Positions 56,352 through 64,000 of a DNA stretch of 64,000 nucleotides are shown here, piece by piece; the stretch's first letter is position 1, and every line of letters starts with the position of its first letter. Below the pieces are notes generated by a model. That model ran no database searches. It was not told where the DNA came from and was given only the letters and a program-made list of their open reading frames with translations. A program made the translations under genes and the position numbers. This stretch comes from an uncultured Chloroflexia bacterium (lineage in GTDB: Bacteria > Chloroflexota > Limnocylindria > Limnocylindrales > CSP1-4). Location: the NCBI GenBank assembly GCA_963813535.1, contig CAWEZH010000002.1, positions 1,184,001-1,248,000 on the forward strand, written 5' to 3'.

Positions 56352-57803
56352 GTGACCGCATTGCGCCTGCGACCCATCGCGCTGTTCCTCGTCGCCACGG
56401 CGCTCCTCGCTGCCTGCTCATCCGGACCCGGGTCTGGTGGCACGCTCGAGGGCACCAAGTGGGTCCTGCGCTCCTTCGAGCAGGCTGGTGAGCTGGTCCT
56501 GGTACCGGACGCTGAATACGCCGACGCCGAGTTCGGCGCGAGCCGGGTCCGCGGCTTCGGGGGCTGCAATGACTTCACCGCGGCATACCGCGCCGGCGGT
56601 CGCACCCTCCTGATCTCGCAGACGGCGTCGACACTGGCGGCCTGTGCCGAGGGATCGATGACGTTCGAGCAGACCTACCTGGCCTTGCTCGACAGCAGCC
56701 GCTTCTACAGCGCGCGGCGCGACACGTTGACGATCTACGACGAGATCGGATCGACGGTCCTCGTGTTCGATGCGGCGCCGCGCAACGCCCTGCTGGGGCA
56801 CTGGCGGGTCGACTCGTTCGCGACCGGCCCCGGCGCCGTATCCGCCGTCCTGCCGGACACCGAGCTCGAGGTCGTCTTCGGCATCGGCAGCGTCGGCGGG
56901 TCGGCAGGCTGCAACTCGTTCAGCGGCACGTACGGGACCAACGGCAATGTCGTCCGCGTGGGCCAGTTGGCGACGACGCGGAAGGCATGCCCCGAGGAGG
57001 TCATGGCCCAGGAGGCAGCATTCCTCGAGGCCCTCCAGGGCATCGCGTTGATCGACCCCCGCGCCGAGAGCGTCAACCTGACCGACCTCGACGGAGCGCT
57101 GGCAGTCGCCCTCATCCGCCCGGGAGCTGCCGGTGTGGAGGCGTCACCGTCTCTTGGGTCGCCACCGCCCTCCGCATCGTCCTCACCGTCCGAGGTCCCG
57201 TCCGGGACACCGGCACCGACGAAGTCGTCGACGCCTGCCCCGACGAAGACGCCGGCGCCGACGACCGCACCGAGCGCTCCGGCTCCGTCGACCGCACCGA
57301 CCGCCGCGCCGAGTCCGCCACCGACTGCGGCGCGCTGCGATCTCATCACCATCACCGGGGCCACGGTCGCGAGCATCGCCTATCCGGGCAGCTGGTACAC
57401 CGTCACAGAGCCGACAGACCTTGCGTGCCGGTACTTCGACCCGGCGCCGATCGAGGTGCCGGCCGACCCAGCCACCCTCACGACGACCGTCCAGGCCTCG
57501 GTCACCGACACGACGTTCGCGGATGCCGTCGCGGCGGCGACCGATCCCGCCGCATGGAACGTCACGCAACAGAACGATCTCACCCTCGGTGGCCTCGCGG
57601 CGACGCAGGTGATCGCGACAGCGACCTCCGACGCCTCCGGGATCCCCGTCGGGATGTCGCGTGTCGCCTACATCGTTGATGTCGGGGCCGCGGGTTCGAT
57701 CACCCTGTGGACCGTCGGTGATGCGGCCGATGAGACGTTCGCCCAGCAGGCCGCCCTCGTGGGCCTCATGACCGCGTTCTCGGAGTTCACGGCGCCGACC
57801 TGA
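56352..57803 (+). CDS. lipoprotein with two META (HslJ) domains and a Pro/Thr linker
   Basis: LAAC lipobox; LEGTKW.L, GFGGCN.F and GSAGCNSF...TRKAC. Confidence 0.88.
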   Translation: MTALRLRPIALFLVATALLAACSSGPGSGGTLEGTKWVLRSFEQAGELVLVPDAEYADAEFGASRVRGFGGCNDFTAAYRAGGRTLLISQTASTLAACAEGSMTFEQTYLALLDSSRFYSARRDTLTIYDEIGSTVLVFDAAPRNALLGHWRVDSFATGPGAVSAVLPDTELEVVFGIGSVGGSAGCNSFSGTYGTNGNVVRVGQLATTRKACPEEVMAQEAAFLEALQGIALIDPRAESVNLTDLDGALAVALIRPGAAGVEASPSLGSPPPSASSSPSEVPSGTPAPTKSSTPAPTKTPAPTTAPSAPAPSTAPTAAPSPPPTAARCDLITITGATVASIAYPGSWYTVTEPTDLACRYFDPAPIEVPADPATLTTTVQASVTDTTFADAVAAATDPAAWNVTQQNDLTLGGLAATQVIATATSDASGIPVGMSRVAYIVDVGAAGSITLWTVGDAADETFAQQAALVGLMTAFSEFTAPT

Positions 57804-58029
57804 GCAGCGGCCCGAACCGTCCTTCCGTCGCCGCGACCTGTAGGATCGCTTGCCATGGCCCTCGCGCAGCCGTCGTTTGAGCGCGCCGTTCCGCAATGGT
57901 CCGGAAACATGCCCCAGGCAGGATGGAGGACGACACCGTGCACAGATCGCCTATGTCGGGCGAGACACGGACGGCGATCTCGACATGGGATCGTATGCTG
58001 GTCCGGCGCGCGCCAACGAGGGGTGGTAC

Positions 58030-58800
58030 ATGATCGGCACCCGGGATCGTCGATCAAGCACGATCCGCAAGGTCATCCGTCACGCCAAGGCGAGCCAGGC
58101 CATCGGTCGAGGGCCCGGCGCGCACGGTGGCGACTCGATCCGGGTCGCGATCGCGGACGACTCGTACCTGATCAGGGAGGCGCTTGCCGAGCTCATCGGT
58201 TCGGCCGACGGCGTGGAGATCATCGCCTCGGTCGAGGATGGCGACGCTCTGCGGTCGGTCGTGGAGACCGAGCACCCGGACGTGGCCATCGTCGACATCC
58301 GGATGCCGCCCTCGGGCGACAACGAGGGGATCGAGCTCGCCCAGGGATTGCGCGGTACGCATCCCGATGTCGGCGTGATCGTCCTGAGCCAGTACGCCGG
58401 GCCGGCCTACGCCATCGCGCTGCTCGAGGACGGCGCTGAAGGACGCGGCTACATCCTCAAGGAGCGGATCCACGACCGAAGCGAGCTCCTCGCCGCGATC
58501 AAGGTCGTGGCAGGCGGTGGAACGACGATCGATCCGACCCTCATCGACCAGCTCATCGCGGCTGACCGCCACCCTGGTGCGTCGCCGATCGACGAACTGA
58601 CGACGCGCGAACGCGAGGTGCTCGGCGAGATGGCCGAGGGCAAGAGCAACGCGGCCATCGCTGAGTCGCTGGTGCTCACCAAGCGCGCCGTCGAGAAGCA
58701 TGTGGGCTCGATCTTCCAGAAGCTCGGCCTCGAGGACGACGAGGTCGTCAGCCGGCGCGTCACGGCGGTACTGCTCTATCTCGCCGACGCTTCCGCATAG
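58030..58800 (+). CDS. NarL/LuxR-family response regulator (start uncertain)
   Basis: IADD, DIRMPP, LSQY, YILK, LT.REREVL..MAEGKSN and AVEKHVGSIF.KL. Confidence 0.9.
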   Translation: MIGTRDRRSSTIRKVIRHAKASQAIGRGPGAHGGDSIRVAIADDSYLIREALAELIGSADGVEIIASVEDGDALRSVVETEHPDVAIVDIRMPPSGDNEGIELAQGLRGTHPDVGVIVLSQYAGPAYAIALLEDGAEGRGYILKERIHDRSELLAAIKVVAGGGTTIDPTLIDQLIAADRHPGASPIDELTTREREVLGEMAEGKSNAAIAESLVLTKRAVEKHVGSIFQKLGLEDDEVVSRRVTAVLLYLADASA

Positions 58801-58817
58801 AGGCTCGAGGTGATCTC

Positions 58818-59207
58818 GTGAGGTCGTTCCTCCTCAGCACCGTCGCGACCGCGATCGCCTTCGCGATCGTCACACGGCTCCTCCCCGACTACCTCGGCTA
58901 CAACGGCGAGCTCGTCGGCCTGCTCGTGCTGGCCGTGATCTTCGGCGTCGTCAACGGGCTGATCAAACCGATCGTGCGGCTCCTCGCGCTGCCCGTGCGC
59001 ATGATGACGCTCGGTCTCATCGGTTTCGTCATCAATGCGGCGATGCTGCTGCTCACCGCGTGGATCGCCGACCTCGTCGGGTTGGCCTTCACCGTTGGCG
59101 ACTTCCCGCCGACCTTGCTCTCCGTGAACACCTTGATCGGCGCCATCATCGGCGCGGTCGCGCTCAGCATCGTCAACTCGCTGACGCACGTCGTCGCGCC
59201 CGACTGA
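58818..59207 (+). CDS. YvlD-like 4-TM membrane protein (phage holin family IV annotation)
   Basis: FGVVNGLIKPIVRLLALP...TLGL..FVINA motif. Confidence 0.88.
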   Translation: MRSFLLSTVATAIAFAIVTRLLPDYLGYNGELVGLLVLAVIFGVVNGLIKPIVRLLALPVRMMTLGLIGFVINAAMLLLTAWIADLVGLAFTVGDFPPTLLSVNTLIGAIIGAVALSIVNSLTHVVAPD

Positions 59208-59221
59208 CCCGGTCCGATCGA

Positions 59222-59257
59222 TCGCGGGTGACCGACCTGGGGGCCGGTCACCCGCGA
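59222..59257. terminator. 13-bp hairpin between convergent genes
   Basis: TCGCGGGTGACCG-N10-CGGTCACCCGCGA. Confidence 0.6.
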
Positions 59258-59267
59258 GGTGGCGTCG

Positions 59268-59906
59268 TCAGAACTGGTAGCCCGAACGGTCGATCGCGTT
59301 CGCGAAGCGCGCGACGCCCCGGATCTGGTACGCGATCGCGACCGCCGCTATCACCGCCGTCGCCGCGATGCCGATGAAGGAGTCGGTCAGCAAGCCGCCG
59401 AGGAGCCCATCCTGCAGATCCTCGAGCTGGACGCGACCCAGGAAGATCAGCACGCCATCGACGACCGCAGCGGCCCCGCTGATGGCCGAGACGATGACGA
59501 CCAGCCAGGCGGGCACGCCGAGCACGAACGCCGCGGCCGCGAACAGACCGCCGACGACGAGCCCGAGCAGGATGGCGAGGAATCCATCGCCGATGCCCAG
59601 CCACGCCATGAACCCGACGCCAAGGGTGTAGCCGAGGACGCCCACGGCCAAGGTGACCGCGGCGTAATACCAGAAGTACGAGATCACGGCGAATGCGACC
59701 GCGACCACGATGGCGATGCCCCACGACACGATCGTCGCGAAGAATCCCTGGCCGAAGATGTCCTGACCCAATTGCGCGCCGATCAGGAGGCCGGCAAAGG
59801 CGGCCCAGATCGGCAGCAGGATCGTGAAGAGCCGTAAGCCGTAGAACGCCCAGGCTGCACCGATGACGACGGCCAGCAGCCCGACGATGATCCCTTCGAT
59901 CGACAT
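59268..59906 (-). CDS. DUF4203/TMEM198-like membrane protein
   Basis: FYGLRLF.ILLPIW, SAISGA and a Q near the C-terminus; AGGAGG SD. Confidence 0.8.
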   Translation of the reverse strand: MSIEGIIVGLLAVVIGAAWAFYGLRLFTILLPIWAAFAGLLIGAQLGQDIFGQGFFATIVSWGIAIVVAVAFAVISYFWYYAAVTLAVGVLGYTLGVGFMAWLGIGDGFLAILLGLVVGGLFAAAAFVLGVPAWLVVIVSAISGAAAVVDGVLIFLGRVQLEDLQDGLLGGLLTDSFIGIAATAVIAAVAIAYQIRGVARFANAIDRSGYQF

Positions 59907-59984
59907 GTCGTCCCTCCTACCTCGAGGCGAGTCTAGGACCCATGTCCGCCATGCGGCGCTGGTGCAAGCCCCAACCGCGAAGGC

Positions 59985-60500
59985 ATGCCGACACGACTAG
60001 CGAGCGCTACGCCGGCTGCTAACGTCAGGGGCCTGAGTACGCATCGGGGCCCTGCCGTGCGGAATGGCGACGATCCTCTCACCACGCCATCGCCGACCGA
60101 ACATCCCGACGTCGGCCCGCTACCGCTGGGCTTGTGGTTCGCGGCGATCCTGCTGGTCATCTCCGGCGTCGTCTTGCTGCTTGCCGCGCTCGGACTGAGT
60201 CAGGGGATCCTGACCGGCGGGCTCCTGGGACTGGCGGGGTTCGTCGAGGGCCGTATCGCCATCGGCCTGATCGGCGGCACGAGCATCGCCGCCGGCATCG
60301 GGATGGCCCTGCGCGTGCCCGTCGCATGGGGCGTCGGGATGCTCGTGGTCGGGCTCGGGCTCGCGGGGCAGCTCGTCTCGTACTTCCGGGGCGATCCCAA
60401 CCTCGTGCGGCTGGCGATCTACGTCGCGATGGCCTTCTACCTCAATCAGCGCCCGGTTCGCGAGGTGTTCCTCCGTCGGCCGTCCACGAGAGAGGTCTGA
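59985..60500 (+). CDS. hypothetical four-TM membrane protein (start uncertain)
   Basis: hydrophobic core ending FYLNQRPVREVF; directly upstream of 60502. Confidence 0.65.
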   Translation: MPTRLASATPAANVRGLSTHRGPAVRNGDDPLTTPSPTEHPDVGPLPLGLWFAAILLVISGVVLLLAALGLSQGILTGGLLGLAGFVEGRIAIGLIGGTSIAAGIGMALRVPVAWGVGMLVVGLGLAGQLVSYFRGDPNLVRLAIYVAMAFYLNQRPVREVFLRRPSTREV

Positions 60501-60501
60501 G

Positions 60502-62398
60502 GTGACCCCTGCTGCCGCACGGGCACCCGCGACCGACGACCTCGCTCTCCTGCGCTCCTACGAGCCGATCGTCCGCTACAACGACGGCGAACTGTTCTTC
60601 CCGACCGACGTCGAGGCCTACCTGGCGGCCTGCGATCTCCTCGTCGGTTCATCCGAGCGCGACCGCGACATCATCGTGCCGGTCGGCGAGCTGACGGCTG
60701 CGAAGCTGGCCGAGATGCGGGCACCACCGGGTCAGACGCTCTATCTGCGACTCGTCCAGCGACCACTGGCCCCGATCGAGCTTGCCCGCTGGCGGAACCG
60801 ACCCGATCGCCGCGCCTTCCATGCCCCGGGGCGACTGGCCAGGGTCGGCCTGTTCGCCCGCCTCGTCGACGCAGCGTTCGCCGCATCCCTGCTGCTCCGC
60901 GGTACCGTGCCTGGGGGTACCGCAGCGGCGGCACAGGTCAAGTACGCGGCCACCCTGAAGCGCGACCCACGCTACGTCTATTTCGGTCGCGTCGTGCGTC
61001 TCGAGGGCTGGATCGCCCTCCAATACCTGTACTTCTACTTCATGAACGACTACCGCTCCACGTTCCAGGGCGCGAACGACCACGAGGCGGACTGGGAGCA
61101 GGTGTTCGTCTATCTCGATGATGCACCGACCGGCCCCCGGCCCGTCTGGATCGCTGCGGCCGCGCACGACTACGTCGGCGATGAGCTCCGTCGTCGCTGG
61201 GACGACCCGACATTCGAGAAGTCCGGCGATCACCCGATCATCTATGCGGGCGCGGGATCGCATGCATCGTATTTCGAGCGCGGCGAATACCTCACCGAGA
61301 TCCCCCTTCCCGGTATGCGCGGGGCGCGCGGCTTCCTCGAGGCGATGCGGAGCTTCTGGCGGGAGTCCTTGCGACAGCCCGATCCGGGTGACCTCGCCGC
61401 GGCCCTGGCAAAGGCGCTGAGCGTCCCCTTTGTCGACTACGCGCGAGGCGACGGCCTGACGATCGGCGTACCCGGCGGGGCGCAATGGAGTCCGGAACTC
61501 ATCGACGACACCACGCCGTGGGTCGATGGCTACCGCGGCCTCTTCGGCCTCGACACCTTCGACCGACTCGGTGGTGAGCGTGCGCCGGCCGGCCCCAAGT
61601 ACGGGCGGTCCGGAACCGTCCGGATGTCGTGGAACGATCCACTGGGCTTCGGCGGGCTGGACAAGGTCGCACCCCCATCGCGCGAGCCGGACGAGATCCG
61701 GCAGAGGATCAGCCAGCAGGAGGGCCAGCTCGACGAGCTCGACGCGGAGATCGAGCGGCGTTCGGCGCACGCTACCGGGCCTCGATCTCGAGGCACGCGG
61801 CCTGGCCGCCGACGGGGCCACGAAGGCCCTCCACGAGGTGCGTTCGAAGCAGCTCGCATCGGAGACTGCCGAACTCCAACGACTCCGTCGTGATCGCGCG
61901 TCGACATCGGACGCCGTACGGGCCATGCGCGGGGAGCTCGACCGGATCGAGGCGGGCGACATCGGCGACCCGCGCGCGCACCTCCACCAGCCGCACCGAC
62001 CCGTGCCGGAGGCGGACATCCGCTACGGGCGGCTCGTCGAGTTCTGGTCGGCGCTGAGCGTGGGACTGTTGCTGCTGACGATCGCTGCGCTCGTCTGGTT
62101 CGCCATCGTGCCGTGGTGGGGAGCGCTGCTGATCGCGCTCGCGGCCTACGTCGTGCTCGAGGCGGCGTTCCGGCGTCGGCTGATGCTGCTCACGTTGCGC
62201 GTCGAGCTCGCGCTGGCTGTCGTCGGCGCCGTCATCCTGGTGTGGGAACTCCGGTTCGCATTCATCATCGGCGCCATCGTCGCGCTCGCCCTGCTGATCC
62301 TGGCGGATAACCTGCGCGAGCTCAGGACGGGGACGCAGCCCGTGCCACCGGCGCCCTCGATCGATCCCGCCGAGGACGCCGGCCCACGGAACGCCTAG
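60502..62398 (+). CDS. NPP1/Vps62-like domain protein with coiled coil and C-terminal TM helices, +1 frameshift at ~61764
   Basis: LL..YEP.VRY...E.FFP, LQYLYFYFMND, HEADWEQVFV and GSHASY; continues in the 61526-62398 frame. Confidence 0.7.
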
Positions 62399-62417
62399 AC
62401 GGTGCGGTCGACGCCGA

Positions 62418-62999
62418 TCAGCCGGCGAGGGGTGGGGCGGACACCCGTGTCGCAGAGCGGGCCATCCACCCGCCGATGATCCAGATGATGCCCGCCATCA
62501 ACAGCTGGAGACCGACGAAGAAGCCGATGGCGAGTCCGCTCACGGGGATGTCGCTGAACAGCCAGGCGCCGAGCAGGATGTTGATGATCCCGATGGTCGC
62601 CACGAGCCCTCGATGCGGGGTCTCGCCGTTGAACGCGCTGATGAGCCGGATGATGCCATCGACGACCAGCACGATCGACACCACGATCGTGAGGGTGATC
62701 GTGCCTTGCAGCGGGTCGGCGACGATGTCGAGGCCGACGATCACGTACAGGATGCCGAGGAGGATCATCAGGATGCGGCTGCCGACGCCGCCGTTCGTGG
62801 TGAACGCCCCGACGATCTGGGCGATGCCGCCGAAGACCAGCAGCCAGCCGACGAAGATGGTCGTGATCAGGGTGGCATCGACCACGTTGTAGAGAGCGAG
62901 TAGCCCGAGGATCACGAGGATCACGCCGAACGCGACGAACCACTTCCAGCGACCGGCGATCTCCGCCGCGCTGGGCATCGACAGGTAACTCACGGTCAT
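62418..62999 (-). CDS. HdeD/DUF308 family membrane protein
   Basis: WKWFVAFGVILVILG..A and IGFFVGLQLL.AG; GGAGG SD. Confidence 0.88.
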   Translation of the reverse strand: MTVSYLSMPSAAEIAGRWKWFVAFGVILVILGLLALYNVVDATLITTIFVGWLLVFGGIAQIVGAFTTNGGVGSRILMILLGILYVIVGLDIVADPLQGTITLTIVVSIVLVVDGIIRLISAFNGETPHRGLVATIGIINILLGAWLFSDIPVSGLAIGFFVGLQLLMAGIIWIIGGWMARSATRVSAPPLAG

Positions 63000-63089
63000 C
63001 CACCTCCATCCCCCAGCCTCGATCTGGGCGCGCTGGGTCCGATGGTCTCACCGGTGGCAATGGTGTCGACCCGCTTGACCGCTGTCCGT

Positions 63090-64000
63090 CTAGTCGGGGC
63101 GCTCACCCCTGAACGGAAGCGCGAACCCGAACTCCGATCCGCCACCCTCTCGGGGCTTCGCCCAGATCCGCCCGCCCAGGATCGCGACGACATGCCGGCT
63201 CGCGCTGAGCCCGATCCCCAGGCCGCTGCTCATCCGGCGGGCCGCGTCGGTGCGGTAGAAGGCTGTGAACAGCAGATCCGCGTCGTCCGGGATACCGATC
63301 CCGCGGTCCCTCACTGTGACGCGTGCTTCGTCGCCGACGCGCTGGAGGACGACCTCGATCGGCTCGGACACCGGACTGTATTTGTCGGCGTTGCCGAGCA
63401 GGTTCCCGACCAGCAACTCGAGATAGCCCTGATCGCCGTCGACGATCAGCTCGTCCCGCTCCATGACCAGTCGGATCTCGCGCCCCGGATGGTGGCGCCG
63501 GAAGACGTCGACGATCTGGCGGACGGCATGGCCCAGGACCTGCGGCTCGAGATCGATCTGCTCCTGCTCGCTGGCGGCGCGTGTCATGAGGAGCAGGTTC
63601 TCGACGAGTCCGAGCAGACGCTCCGCGTCGATCGCGATATCGGCGACCATCGCGCCGGTGCGCTCCGGCAGCTCATCGGTCCGCTGAAGCAGCCGCGCAT
63701 TACCGAAGATCGTGGTCACCGGCGTCCGGAGCTCGTGTGACACCAGACCCAGGAACTCGTCCTTCACGGCATTCGCGGCGCGAAGGGAATCCTCGGCACG
63801 ACGGCGCTCGGTGACGTCGACCAGGACGTTGATGGCCCCGATCAGGCGGCCGTCGCCATCGAAGACGACCGTCGGATACGGGACGAAGGCCGCGCGCGTG
63901 CCGTCCGGCCGCTCCGCCACCCCCTCGATGCCACGCACCGACCGCGCTTCCTTGAGGGCGATCGCCATCGGGCATTCGTCGTGGGGCATCGGTCGACCGT
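63090..64000 (-). CDS. PAS-domain sensor histidine kinase (5' end beyond the window)
   Basis: SHELRTP, NLLGNADKYS, DRGIG and GLGIGL boxes; PAC motif at the window edge. Confidence 0.92.
   Translation of the reverse strand, partial: GRPMPHDECPMAIALKEARSVRGIEGVAERPDGTRAAFVPYPTVVFDGDGRLIGAINVLVDVTERRRAEDSLRAANAVKDEFLGLVSHELRTPVTTIFGNARLLQRTDELPERTGAMVADIAIDAERLLGLVENLLLMTRAASEQEQIDLEPQVLGHAVRQIVDVFRRHHPGREIRLVMERDELIVDGDQGYLELLVGNLLGNADKYSPVSEPIEVVLQRVGDEARVTVRDRGIGIPDDADLLFTAFYRTDAARRMSSGLGIGLSASRHVVAILGGRIWAKPREGGGSEFGFALPFRGERPD

Noticed and set aside
58818-59207. Prophage lysis gene (phage holin family annotation)
   Set aside because: YvlD-type proteins are common chromosomal membrane proteins, and no phage genes are nearby

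Overview
High-GC bacterial chromosomal window. The gene content (ECF sigma plus PD40 anti-sigma pair, F420-type LLM oxidoreductase, DUF6325/META/YvlD/HdeD cluster, many leaderless genes) suggests Chloroflexota (Limnocylindria-like) or an actinobacterium; this is inference only. Positions 1-30.7 kb are mostly housekeeping genes: 2-oxoacid dehydrogenase E3/E1a/E1b, plsY, glpD, nnrE, mutY, an ALDH-kinase-SIS operon, a TPP-riboswitch ECF transporter, acuI, an M15 peptidase and an LCP protein. A tRNA-Gln(CTG) at 30723-30797 has its 3' 45 bp repeated at 46502-46546, which delimits a ~15.7 kb integrated island with no integrase. The island carries two STAND-ATPase/LuxR regulators, five alpha/beta or epoxide hydrolases, a broken lactate permease, a VOC protein and HdeD. 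Five of its promoter regions share an ACCAGTG-N5/6-(A/C)CGGGCGCGA motif (one copy degenerate), and one promoter plus N-terminus is duplicated in inverted orientation. Positions 46.6-64 kb hold accessory membrane and signalling genes. These include an apparently unnamed ~65-aa domain found both alone and twice fused to PAS domains, a tandem-duplicated AI-2E transporter, a 17-aa-repeat microprotein and a membrane-anchored NPP1/Vps62-like protein. Six single-base insertions break five genes and look like long-read errors. All family assignments come from motif recognition by eye, not database searches.
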